Below the pieces are notes generated by a model. That model ran no database searches. It worked only from the letters and a program-made list of their open reading frames with translations, and had not been told where the DNA came from. 64,000 nucleotides of DNA from an uncultured Planctomycetaceae bacterium (GTDB lineage: Bacteria > Planctomycetota > Planctomycetia > Isosphaerales > Isosphaeraceae). Where the stretch lies: NCBI GenBank assembly GCA_963833985.1, contig CAWIAD010000002.1:4544001-4608000 (forward strand), read 5' to 3'. Positions 10,829 to 20,451 of this stretch are shown here, piece by piece. Positions within the stretch are counted from its first letter, which is position 1. Every line of letters starts with the position of its first letter. The position numbers and the translations under genes were made by a program.

Positions 10829-12204
10829 ATGCCCTGTCTGTCTTCAAGGGAGCTCGTGCGAATCGCGCTGGGGGCCCGCGCCGACCAATTTCAATCCGCG
10901 CATCTTGAGCTGTGTGAACGATGTCAAAGCAGCCTCGACTCGATCCGCTTGCTCGTCCAGAGACTGGGCCACGCCCATACCCGATTCAACCACCAGCACG
11001 AAGAAGCCCGTGCGCGATTGCTGGCGAGTTTGCCGGATGCGTGGCCGCGGTCCCTGCCCGCGAAGCGGTGGAGAGCCTACTCCCGCACGATTGGAGCATT
11101 CACGATGAGACAGAAACTCGCCCTGGGAAGTGCCGGCATGGCTGCCGTGCTGACCGTTTACGTCGTCTGGTTCGCGACCGTCGCGAAGCCGATCTACGGC
11201 ATGGACGCGATGCCGGAAACGATTCGCAACGCGAAGTCATACGATTACGCGATGACCACCGAGATGCGGCTCCCCGGAGAGGCAGGCAAGCCGCCCGTCA
11301 TCGCGGAGATGCTGGGGCACTGCTACTGGGTTGCGCCGGGTCGTACCGGGTCGAGACGCTCTTGAAAAAGAGCGCCCTGGACCAGGACCTGGTGATGATC
11401 TTGCCGGCCGGCAAACCGGGTGTGGTGATTGACCGGAAGCGGAAATCTTACATACGTCAGCCGGCGCGCCTGGGCTACTTCTCGCCGCTCATGGCCCTGG
11501 ACAAGCTGAGTACCTTCTCCGGCCATGCCGACCGCGATCTCGGTACGCGGCAAATCGAGGGCAAGCAGGCCAGGGGCTTCGAGATCGAGGCCCGCAAGAT
11601 TGATCCGGACTCTTACTCCGGCTCGATGGAGATCTGGCTCGACGCCGCAACCAACCTGCCCCTGCTGCTCCGTTACGAGCTGAAGGGGGCAAGCGCTCCT
11701 GGCACCATCCGGATGACGGATTTCCACTGGAACGTTGATCTGGACCCCAAGCTCTTCGATCCCACGCCCCCGGAAGGGTTTGCCGAGGACGTGCGCGCCG
11801 CGTCACCGCTGGACGAACAGGTGAAGAAGATCACGGAGGGACTGAAGGTCTACGCCAGGTACAGCGGTGGGCACTATCCCCGCGTCAAGATGCTTTACGG
11901 AGACGTCACGCGCGATGAGCTTGCCAGGCTCAGCGGCGCACCGTACCCGCCCCGGACAGAGAAGGACTTTAGCGATCCCCGTATCGCGATGATTCATAAC
12001 GCGACCTGGGGCTTCTCGCACATCAACGTGATCCTCCGCGAAAACGCCGATGCCGCCTATCACGGGAAGACGGTTGGACCGGAGGACAAGACGAAAGTCC
12101 TCCTGCGATGGAAGCTTGACGACGGTACCTATGAAGTGATCTACGGCGACCTGCGGTCCGAGGCCGTGCCGGCCGGACGCCTGCGTGCCCTGGAAGGCCG
12201 GTAG
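10829..12204 (+). CDS. Zinc-binding transmembrane anti-sigma factor with a LolA/LppX-like extracytoplasmic domain (frameshift at ~11339)
   Basis: Starts 3 nt after the sigma gene. HLELCERC (HxxxCxxC), one TM segment, then MEIWLDAATNLPLLL...MTDFHWNVDLDPKLFDPTPPEGF. Restoring one G joins ORFs 10829..11365 and 10921..12204. Confidence 0.8.
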
Positions 12205-12213
12205 CCGGCCGCG

Positions 12214-13093
12214 CTACTCGGGAACGATGCCCCCGTGCGGCGACATTCCCATCGCGCTGAAGATCTGTTCGCGCCGCTGGAGGTACGCGGCGGAATTCAG
12301 GTCGCGGGGTCGGGGAAGATCGATCTCCACCACTTCCTGGATTGTCGCCGGGCGGCGGCTCATGACGAGCACGCGCCCGGCAAGCTGGACCGCCTCGTCG
12401 ATATCATGAGTGACAAAGAGAATGGTCTTGCGCTCGGCTTCCCAGATCCGCACCAGGTCGTCGCGCATCTTGAACCGGGTGATGTAGTCGAGCGCCTCCG
12501 AAGGGCTCGTCCATGTAGAGGATCTCGGGGTTCGCGGCCAGCGCCCGGGCGATCTCGACCCGCTGCCGCATCCCGCCCGAGAGTTCGCGGGGATAAGACC
12601 GCTCGAACCCGGAGAGCCCGACCATCTCGACATAGTGCTCGATCACGCTGGCTCGTTGCGGCCGAGGAATCCGGTCCAGGCCAAAGCCGATATTCTCGCG
12701 AACCGTGAGCCAGGGGAAGACGCCGCCCTCCTGGAATATGAAGATCCGCCGCCGGTCGGGCCCATCGATAGGTTCTCCCTCGACGAGAACCTCGCCCCGG
12801 CTCGCGCGGACAAATCCGCCCAGGAGGTTCAGAAGCGTGGTCTTGCCACAGCCCGACGGACCAACGATGCAGACGAACTCCCCCTGGCGGACCTCGAGGT
12901 TGATTCGCTCCAGCACATGGGTGAGATCGTCCCGGCTCAGGCTGGGATAGCTCATCCAGAGCTCGCGGACGGAGATGGCCAGTGGTCCGGTCTTGCGGTC
13001 GTCTGCGTTCGGAGGTCCCATGGTCGTGGTGCGAGAAAGTCCCGGTTCAGCGCTCTGCGGGGCCTGGCGGATCACTCTCGGAGAAAAGGCCAT
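12214..13093 (-). CDS. NitT/TauT-family ABC transporter ATP-binding protein (extra base at ~12496)
   Basis: Walker A GPSGCGKT, LSGGMRQR, YMDEPFG/ALD, VTHDIDEA, IDLPRPR. Confidence 0.93.
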
Positions 13094-13103
13094 GACAGGT
13101 CCC

Positions 13104-13898
13104 TCAGCGGTTTCCGTATCCCCAGCTAACCTCGTCGAACCGCTCGAGTCGGCGCACCACCAGGTCGAGGGCCAGGCCGATCAGGCCGATCACGACCATG
13201 CCTGCGACCACCAGGTCGTAACGCTTGCCGGCGTTGCGGGCATCGACGATCAGGTAGCCCAAACCCGAGTTCACGGCGATCATCTCGGCGGCGACCACGA
13301 CCAGCCATGCGATTCCGAGCGCGATGCGGATGCCCGTGAGGATCTGTGGCAGGGCCGCCGGCAGAATCACTCTGCGGAACAGCCGCATCCGTCCCAACTC
13401 GAAATTATTCGCCGCCCTGAGGTAGACCGGCTGCATGTTCTGCACGGCCGCCGTGGCCGAGACCGTGATCGGAAAGACGCTGGAAAGAAAGATCAGGAAC
13501 ACCGGCGCGGCGTCCGAAACTCCAAACCAGAGGATGGCCAGGGGAATCCAGGCGATCGGCGAGATCGGTCTGAGGACCTGGATCAGGGGGTTGAGCGCCT
13601 GATAAGCCGGCCGGAACCAGCCCAGAAACAGGCCCATCGGCACGCCGACCAAAATCGCCAGGAAGAACCCCCACGTCACCCGAAACAGCGAAGCGACGAC
13701 GTACTTCAGCAGCAGACCTTTGTGGGCTAGCTCGCCGATACCGAGCACGACCTCCCAGGGGCCGGGAAACAGATCATTACGCGCGAACCCGACGATGCCT
13801 TCCCAGCCCAGGAGCACCACGGCCGCCACCGCGCACGGGAGAACCAGCTCGGCCCGCGGTCGCCACGACGGCCGCAGCGCGTTTCGGTCGAGGTTCAA
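13104..13898 (-). CDS. NitT/TauT-family ABC transporter permease
   Basis: LRPISPIAWIPLAILWFG, ILPAALPQILTGIR, VVVAAEMIAVNSGLGY. The TTG start overlaps the stop of the binding-protein gene. Confidence 0.93.
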   Translation of the reverse strand: MNLDRNALRPSWRPRAELVLPCAVAAVVLLGWEGIVGFARNDLFPGPWEVVLGIGELAHKGLLLKYVVASLFRVTWGFFLAILVGVPMGLFLGWFRPAYQALNPLIQVLRPISPIAWIPLAILWFGVSDAAPVFLIFLSSVFPITVSATAAVQNMQPVYLRAANNFELGRMRLFRRVILPAALPQILTGIRIALGIAWLVVVAAEMIAVNSGLGYLIVDARNAGKRYDLVVAGMVVIGLIGLALDLVVRRLERFDEVSWGYGNR

Positions 13899-14941
13899 GG
13901 AGCGCCCTCCCAGGCGTAAGGTTGAATGGTTGTCTCGTCAAGAACAAACGAGGCGTCCGCGTAGTCGTCAAAGCGGGCGGTGCCATTGAGGATTCCCGCT
14001 TCCTTTCCGAGCTGTTCGATCTCCTCAAAATCCTTGCGAACCAGAGAGAGGTGCGTGTATTTGACCCGATCGGGTGGCTTGCTGAGGACAAACCTCAGCA
14101 GCTGCGGATCTTGATGGTAGTACCGGATTGCCGAGAAATCGGCCGCCTGCATGCGGTGCGCCATATCGCGGTCGAGCCACTTGCCGCTTTTCGCAATCCC
14201 ATCGACGAGGCGCTGAACATCAGCGCGCCGAGTCTGGATCACGCGGTCAGAGACGGCCAGCACGCAGGAAATGAAGTCAGGCCAGACGTCCTTGGTCATG
14301 AACAGAACGCGACCGTAACCATCCATCTCGGTTTGCGCCATGAACGGCTCTCCCGAGATCACCGCGTCAACGGAGCGCGAGTAGAGCGCAGCGGGCATGT
14401 CGGGCGGGGGCAGCTCCAGGAGCGTGGCCTCGCTCATCTTCATGCCTCGCTCCCTGAAGGCTTTGAAGAGAATGAGGCTCTGGTTGGAGAACCGGTTGGG
14501 GATGGCGATTCTGCGACCGCGCAAGTCCTCGATCTTGTGGATTATCGAATCCTTGTGCACCATCATGGTCGTCCCGTCGCGGTGCCCCAGGTAGACAATC
14601 TTGATCGGCACCCCTTGCTCGCGGAGCGACATTGCCAGCGGGGCGAGGATGAATGTCGCTTCCAGATCGTTCGCCAGAAACGTCTCCTTGAGCTCTGGCC
14701 AGCCATTGAACCGGATCGGATCGAAGATCCCGTCGCCACTCATTTTCTCGTTGATGAAGTTGGTCACCGGGCACGTCAGGTGGCAGGTGACCGGGATGAA
14801 GCCGACGCGGAACGGCGAGCCAGCACGACTGCGCCCTTCGAGAGTGCGGTCGAGCAGACCCAGGTTCATGGTCATGTGAAGCAGGCTGATGACCGCGACC
14901 CAGCCGAGTGAGCCGAGGAGCACGGTCCGTCGCATCGACAT
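13895..14941 (-). CDS. NitT/TauT (NrtA/CmpA/SsuA-like) substrate-binding protein with a CHLTC motif
   Basis: N-terminal hydrophobic anchor; FRVGFIPVTCHLTCPV; DLRGRRIAIP; LPPPDMPAAL...VDAVISGEPF. Confidence 0.9.
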   Translation of the reverse strand: MSMRRTVLLGSLGWVAVISLLHMTMNLGLLDRTLEGRSRAGSPFRVGFIPVTCHLTCPVTNFINEKMSGDGIFDPIRFNGWPELKETFLANDLEATFILAPLAMSLREQGVPIKIVYLGHRDGTTMMVHKDSIIHKIEDLRGRRIAIPNRFSNQSLILFKAFRERGMKMSEATLLELPPPDMPAALYSRSVDAVISGEPFMAQTEMDGYGRVLFMTKDVWPDFISCVLAVSDRVIQTRRADVQRLVDGIAKSGKWLDRDMAHRMQAADFSAIRYYHQDPQLLRFVLSKPPDRVKYTHLSLVRKDFEEIEQLGKEAGILNGTARFDDYADASFVLDETTIQPYAWEGAP

Positions 14942-14974
14942 CGCGAGCCTTTCGTTTGAACGATTCCTTCCGGA

Positions 14975-16045
14975 TCACCCTTGGAGCGGCAGAGACCGCC
15001 GGCCAAAGAGGAACAGCACGTGCAGGGCCATGTTCAAGACGATCACACCGAGGGCAGCCAGCGCCAGCTCCTGGCTGGCGAGGTGCTCGTGATAGCACGT
15101 CCAGCAGTACTGGAAAAGGCACAAGAGAGCTACGGTACCCAGTATGATGCGTCGCGAGATGAAGCGTGAGACCAGGCTGCCCAGCGGGCCGCCCACGGCG
15201 ACGACCGGGGCCGCCGCCAACCAGTAAGGAAACACATCGACGATCGTCGCTCGGCTGGACGGCCAGCAGGCCGCCGCCAACAAGGAGCATCCTGCGCCAA
15301 CCACGGAGGTAAACGCCATCAGGATGACCGAACTCGGAATGGCCACCTTGATGTCGGTGTGATAGAGCAGGACGAGTGTGCCGTAGAGCAGAATGTCGGC
15401 GCCGACGCCTATCACCGAAGCGAGCAGTCCGCCAAGTGCGCCCACGACAAAGCCGATCACCGGGTCGCCCGCGAAGTACGTCCGCGAGAGCCCCTGGTTA
15501 GCCACGATGCCTCGCATCCGGACCAGAAGCAACAACCCAAAGCTGGCATAGACGACCGAAAAGAGCACCTTCACCGCGCTGTCCGCGACGTTCGGGGCCA
15601 CCAGCCCCATCCCCAGCGGCATCGCGAAGGCGGATCCCAGGAGCGCGAATCTTAGGATCCGCCACTCGATGCTCCTCCCGCGAGTGACAATATAAACGCT
15701 GGCCGATACCATGCCGATCGACTGGATGGCCAGGCTGAAGGTTCTGCCAAGCCGAGCCGGTTCGTTGAACACGTAAACGAGCAAGGGGAAGCCGATTGTC
15801 CCGCCGGCAACCGGGCTCGAGCCGCCGACGAACGAGCCTCCCGCCATCGCCAGGGCAATGCTCCAGTGGTCGCGCACCACGGACCAGAGACCAGCGCCCT
15901 GCACAATCACGAGCCAGGCCGTGTAGAACAGCAGGAGCCAGATCGCGAAGATCCGCCGCGCCGGCCCTCCCGCGGATGAGCTGCCGCGGGAAGGGACCGA
16001 GGTGGGCGAGACGACCGGTGCTCTGGTCACGAGAGCACCACTCAT
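14975..16045 (-). CDS. TauE/SafE-family anion (sulfite) exporter
   Basis: Multi-TM protein with the repeats GSFVGGSSPVAGGTIGFP and GGLLASVIGVGADI. Its ATG overlaps the upstream TGA. Confidence 0.8.
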   Translation of the reverse strand: MSGALVTRAPVVSPTSVPSRGSSSAGGPARRIFAIWLLLFYTAWLVIVQGAGLWSVVRDHWSIALAMAGGSFVGGSSPVAGGTIGFPLLVYVFNEPARLGRTFSLAIQSIGMVSASVYIVTRGRSIEWRILRFALLGSAFAMPLGMGLVAPNVADSAVKVLFSVVYASFGLLLLVRMRGIVANQGLSRTYFAGDPVIGFVVGALGGLLASVIGVGADILLYGTLVLLYHTDIKVAIPSSVILMAFTSVVGAGCSLLAAACWPSSRATIVDVFPYWLAAAPVVAVGGPLGSLVSRFISRRIILGTVALLCLFQYCWTCYHEHLASQELALAALGVIVLNMALHVLFLFGRRSLPLQG

Positions 16046-16434
16046 TTGTGAAGAATCTGCTTCTGATTGCCAAGGATTTCACGCTGGTTGGCGACGATCT
16101 CCCGTTGCCCTTCCAGAAGCTTATCCTGGTTGGCCTGAATGTGCTCCTGGTTCGCCAGGATCGAAGCCTGGTTCGCCACCGTCCGATCGAGCTTGTCCTG
16201 GTTGGCCAGGATCGCAGCCTGGTTGGCCTCGATGCTCGCCTGGTTCGCCAGCACCTTGTCGAGCTTCTTCTGGTTGTCCCGGATCGACTCCTGGTTCGCC
16301 AGGATCGCGGCCTGATTGGCGGCGATCTTGTCGAGCTTTGATTGGTTCTTCTCGATCGACTCCTGGTTCGCCAGGATCTTCTCCTGGTTGCTGAGAATCG
16401 ATTTCTGATTGGCGATCACGTCATCGGCTGCCAT
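16042..16434 (-). CDS. 130-aa coiled-coil protein built of IxxNQxx heptads
   Basis: MAADD followed by 15 [I/V/T]xxNQxx heptads with three LDK/LDR inserts. GGAG lies upstream of ATG 16434, and the stop overlaps the tauE-like ATG. Confidence 0.85.
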   Translation of the reverse strand: MAADDVIANQKSILSNQEKILANQESIEKNQSKLDKIAANQAAILANQESIRDNQKKLDKVLANQASIEANQAAILANQDKLDRTVANQASILANQEHIQANQDKLLEGQREIVANQREILGNQKQILHK

Positions 16435-16542
16435 GGAGAGTGCTCCGTTCACGAAGAAAAAACGGGGAAAAGCCTGGCCAGGCGGGACCCGTTCGGGTTC
16501 CGCGCTCATTCTCCCGCCGGCCAGTCAACAACCTGCGCCCGA

Positions 16543-17805
16543 TCAATGTCCAGTTGCGTTGGGTCTGGTCTGGGAGATCGCAGTGGAAGGCTTCGTTCCC
16601 GTTGCCGGGTACTGGTACTCATCCTGGAGGATCAGGACCAGCGACTGCTCCAGCTCGTCCGGCTTGAAACCGAATGGGCCGCGGCCGTTCTTGAAAGCGA
16701 CCTTGCCGTTGCGGTCGATCAGGTAGAACCGGCCGGGCATGCCGCTGTAGCGGGCTCCCACCGCGTCGTCGATCGTGTCGACCAGCAATGGAAAACCCAG
16801 GCCCAGCAACTTCCCGCAGCGCTGGGCCACGGCGACCCGTTCGGCGTAGGTGCCCGGCTGCGCCGTGGTCACGCCCACGTGATCGTTGCTTTCCATCCGC
16901 CAGCCGTCGGTGGGATGGGCTTCGCGCACGTAGACCATCAGAAAGTTCGCGCGGTCGGCGTAGCGGCGGTGCAGCTTCTCGAAATTGCCGGCCATGCTGC
17001 GGAACGGCCCGCAGGTGAAGTTGCCGAAGATGAGCACGATCGGTTTGGGACCAACTTCTTTCGACAGCGTGAGCTGCTTCTTGCCATCGTATGTCTTGAG
17101 CGTGAAATCGGGTGCGGGCTCGTCCAGTTTCGGTCCGGGCTGAAGCGAGCCGATCTCCTGGCGAAACAGGCCCCGGATGAGCATGGCCTTGGTGGGACGG
17201 TCGCCGCGCGACATGCCGCGTGCCGGCGCGGGGAAGGCCGTCTCCAGGTCGGCACGCGACAGGAAACCCAGGCCGTCGGAGTCGGTGGCGCGGAAGAAGG
17301 CCTCGAGCTCCTCGCGCGTCACCTTGCCGTTGCCGTCACGGTCCAGCCGCGAGAAGAGGTACGCGCCGGGCGGGGTCGGTGCATCGCTCCTGGAGAAATC
17401 GAAATCCGTGCCGGTGAGCGCACCGTCGCGGTCGCGATCGAGCCGGGCGAAATCGTGGTCGAGACCCGGAAACTCCGCGCGCGTGATGCGGCCGTCGCCG
17501 TCTCGGTCATAGCGTTTGCGGGTGCTGTCCCAGGTGAACCGCGTCTGGGTGACGGCGGTCCGGAACCAACCGTAGTTCGGTCCCATGGCCTCGTCGTCCA
17601 GGATGGCCGTGTACATATCGAGCCATTCGGGACGATCCGGCCAGGACTCCTTGAGGACCCTGGCGATCTCGTCGGCCTCGGTGGCCGCCGGAGCGCCCGT
17701 GGGTGTCGCGGCCCCCTTTGGCTCGTCGGCGGACGCGGGCCACGCCGCAACCGCCGCGCCGAGAAGCCATGTCAGCATCTTGGTCCATGGTCTCGAAACA
17801 GGCAT
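16543..17805 (-). CDS. Secreted protein with four EF-hands fused to an iodothyronine deiodinase-like (thioredoxin-fold, Cys-type) domain
   Basis: Signal peptide ...AWPASA; EF-hand loops DRDGDGRITRAE, DRDRDGALTGTD, DRDGNGKVTREE and DSDGLGFLSRAD; FGNFTCGPF and YVREAHPTDGW. AAGGAG RBS. Confidence 0.85.
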   Translation of the reverse strand: MPVSRPWTKMLTWLLGAAVAAWPASADEPKGAATPTGAPAATEADEIARVLKESWPDRPEWLDMYTAILDDEAMGPNYGWFRTAVTQTRFTWDSTRKRYDRDGDGRITRAEFPGLDHDFARLDRDRDGALTGTDFDFSRSDAPTPPGAYLFSRLDRDGNGKVTREELEAFFRATDSDGLGFLSRADLETAFPAPARGMSRGDRPTKAMLIRGLFRQEIGSLQPGPKLDEPAPDFTLKTYDGKKQLTLSKEVGPKPIVLIFGNFTCGPFRSMAGNFEKLHRRYADRANFLMVYVREAHPTDGWRMESNDHVGVTTAQPGTYAERVAVAQRCGKLLGLGFPLLVDTIDDAVGARYSGMPGRFYLIDRNGKVAFKNGRGPFGFKPDELEQSLVLILQDEYQYPATGTKPSTAISQTRPNATGH

Positions 17806-17874
17806 GAAGAAACTCCTTGAGGAAGGTCGTGGTTGTAATCGGATCGGAAGCGGAGTGAATCGCTCCGGACCGCG

Positions 17875-18339
17875 TCAACGTCGCAGCATGTCCCGGAAAA
17901 CCGTGACCGAGGGACTGGTGCCCACCAGGTAATACACGGTCTTCTCGATCGGTTTGCCCTTGTTCCCGGCGAGCGTGAGCTTGACCCGCACGCTCAGGTT
18001 CGCGTCGCGCGGTTGCCCCTCGCCCAGCAGTTGATAATCCAGCAATCGGACGCCGCCCTGCCAGTCGAAGTCCTGCACCGTCATGGGAGGTGCGGCCGCG
18101 GCAAGCGATCCGGGGGCATCCCCGTTTTTCCAGCGATCCAGTGCCGTCACCAGCGCGTCTCGTGCGCGGGACGAATCCACCGCGTGGGCCGCGCTGCTCC
18201 CGCAGCCGGAAAACGCCAGCAGCGAGAGCGCGGCCAGGCAGGCGGCGAGAATGCCCAGCGAACCGTACAGGGCCAGTGTGCGTTCTGCCCTGACGGACGA
18301 CATGGACTGACTTGTCAGGCCCGATTTCGTGTTCCACAT
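17875..18339 (-). CDS. Small lipoprotein, typical partner of a DUF1559 gene
   Basis: Lipobox LLAFSG-C; ARDALVTALDRWKNG...QDFDWQGGVRLLDY. Lies directly downstream of the DUF1559 gene. Confidence 0.8.
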   Translation of the reverse strand: MWNTKSGLTSQSMSSVRAERTLALYGSLGILAACLAALSLLAFSGCGSSAAHAVDSSRARDALVTALDRWKNGDAPGSLAAAAPPMTVQDFDWQGGVRLLDYQLLGEGQPRDANLSVRVKLTLAGNKGKPIEKTVYYLVGTSPSVTVFRDMLRR

Positions 18340-18358
18340 GAAGCTGCCCCTTCCTGTA

Positions 18359-19313
18359 TCAATAGCTGTCTGCGCTGATCACTTCGCCGCCGGAAATGGT
18401 GCCAAGCACCGCCAGACGGCCAGGTTGATCGAATCTTTCGTGAACCGCACCGAGCCGTCCCCCAGCAGCAGGTTCACGCCACCCGGGTGGTGGCTGCTCG
18501 GCGGCATCACGGCGCGGAGCGAAAGGAAGAAACCGCACGACCGAGAGTTCGGACCCGAGACATGAGTGAAGATATGCTGCCCGCACAGCCAGGCGCACCC
18601 ATGAACAGGGGAAACTGGTTCTGCAAGTTCGTGATATCCACGGCCTGGCATTGCTGAAAGGCCTGGTCGGGCGTCGTGGGAGCCAGCGGTGAGAAGAAGA
18701 CGTCGGCGACCGGGCTGACGATCGCGTTGTTGCCGTCGGCCAGGACCCGCTCGCTGAAGAACCCGGTGTTCGACAGCCCGTCGGTGATCGCGGCGAACTT
18801 CGTGGCACTGTCGCCGTGGAATACGCCGTTGGGCGTGGGCAATCCCACGTTCGGCCCCACGGGCGACTGCCAGACGATGCCACTGCCCATGTCGGCCATG
18901 TAATTCGTCTGCGCACCCAGGGAAGGCAAGGGATCGCTCAGGTCCGAGGGGCAGACGAACTGGCTGACGACCGTGTACATCGCGGTCGTGTTCGTGGGGT
19001 CCTGGTAGTTGAAGGCGCAGTTCACCGAGTTGTAGATGCCCGTCTGCTCCATGAGCGGCAAGAGCATGGTGAGCGCGGAGAGCTCCGTGACGTTGAACAC
19101 CATGTCGGCCCCGGGCAGGGCCCCGCGCGACTCGGCGTAGTTCTGGCACGCCAGCCCGATCTGCTTGAGGTTGTTCACGCACTGGATCCGCCGCGCAGCC
19201 TCGCGGGCCGATTGTACGGCTGGCAGCAGGAGAGAGATGAGGACAGCGATGATGGCGATGACCACCAGCAGCTCGATGAGCGTGAAACCTCGGTGCGTGG
19301 AACGAATACGCAT
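18359..19313 (-). CDS. DUF1559 (SBP_bac_10) prepilin-type N-methylation / H-X9-DG protein (frameshifts at ~18592 and ~18409)
   Basis: [99 protein letters not shown]. Confidence 0.93.
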
Positions 19314-19657
19314 AAGCAACTCCTTGAGAATGATCGAAGGAATGAGAAGACTTTGATAACAATGCGCGCTAATAATGAGGGGAGTACGGATCGCGCAGGA
19401 TCTGCGCCGGCGCTGATGACAGCGGCCATCAGAGCCGTGGCGTTTGCGCGAAGGCCCAGGGTTTCCGGCACGGGTCGGACCGCCGCGGCAGTCGAGCGCC
19501 GCTCGAGTGCTCGGGGACGGATCCTGACGTACAGGCACCCGCGCACGCGGGACCACCGCGAGCGCCAGAAGATGTCCGCATCTGCACCGGACGCCGCCAG
19601 CACGCATCGAGCCTGCGGCGCAGCGCGCAGCCGGCCATACGCTCCTGACAGGGTTCC

Positions 19658-20111
19658 TCAGGCAGAGAAGGCGCGGCGGCGCGGTCGGGGCGGGTGGAAG
19701 ATCGAGCAGGTCCGGTCGATGCCGGGAGGACCGGGATCACAGGGCAGGCTTGCGATGAGTCCCGGCTCGTTAGCCGGGCCAGCGGTCACTGCCAGGGCCC
19801 ACTCGACGCGGAAAAGGCGGGAGCCGGACGGCTGTGTCGACGACGGTGCCGCGGGGCTCCTCGAGCAGAAGGCCCCGGTGCACGGCATTGCCGGCAACCG
19901 GTGTGGGGTGCGATCGGCCAGGTCGAGGAGTGCCCCCGAACGTTCCAGCTGCTCCAGGCCAGCGAACCAGGCTGCCGCGCCATCGTGGAATGGACGTAAG
20001 GTGCGTCACAGCCGGCACGCACGGCGCCGGCATGAAGGCGAACGCAGCCAGCAGCGCGAGCCATCCGCCGCTGAGGCGATTTCCCAGGAGGTTTCGAACT
20101 GGGAGTCTCAT
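19658..20111 (-). CDS. Exported ~151-aa leader-type protein with CxxxxC and C-terminal IFHPPR, reconstructed across two single-base deletions (~20028 and ~19958)
   Basis: GAGGTGG RBS before ATG 20111. Signal peptide ...[12 protein letters not shown](G)AVRA-GC, then [21 protein letters not shown], ...[16 protein letters not shown]. The pieces are seen in ORFs 19770..20123, 19786..20253 and 19658..19897. Confidence 0.6.
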
Positions 20112-20451
20112 TCCACCTCGCACGACGCGATGAGCTGAAACGCGATACGGCTTCTGGGCGAACCCGCCATGAATTTGATGATTGCTCGGCGGCGAGAAGC
20201 AATCCCGAGCACGACGACAGTGAAATCGTGAGTAAAGGTACCACCACGCTCACGCGGATTCAAGCCGTTCAATTCGCGTTTTGCCAGCCGGACGTCACGA
20301 GAGGGGTCATCGGGCGACGCTTCGCTTCGCGGCCCCAAGTCGCGCGAGGTTGTGTTCTAGACTTGCACGGAGTCCTCGGGGCCGTACTCAGGGCCACGGT
20401 GCGGACTCCGCCCGCGGACGCGTCGAGCGCACAGGCCCTCGGAGCATGCCG

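Noticed and set aside
16990..17030. Selenocysteine recoding in the deiodinase-like gene
   Set aside because: The active-site codon is TGC (Cys) and the frame has no internal TGA.
19429..19638. Cys-containing small ORF ([14 protein letters not shown]...) after AGGAG in the spacer
   Set aside because: Composition is typical of random GC-rich frames and no motif is recognisable, although it cannot be fully excluded.
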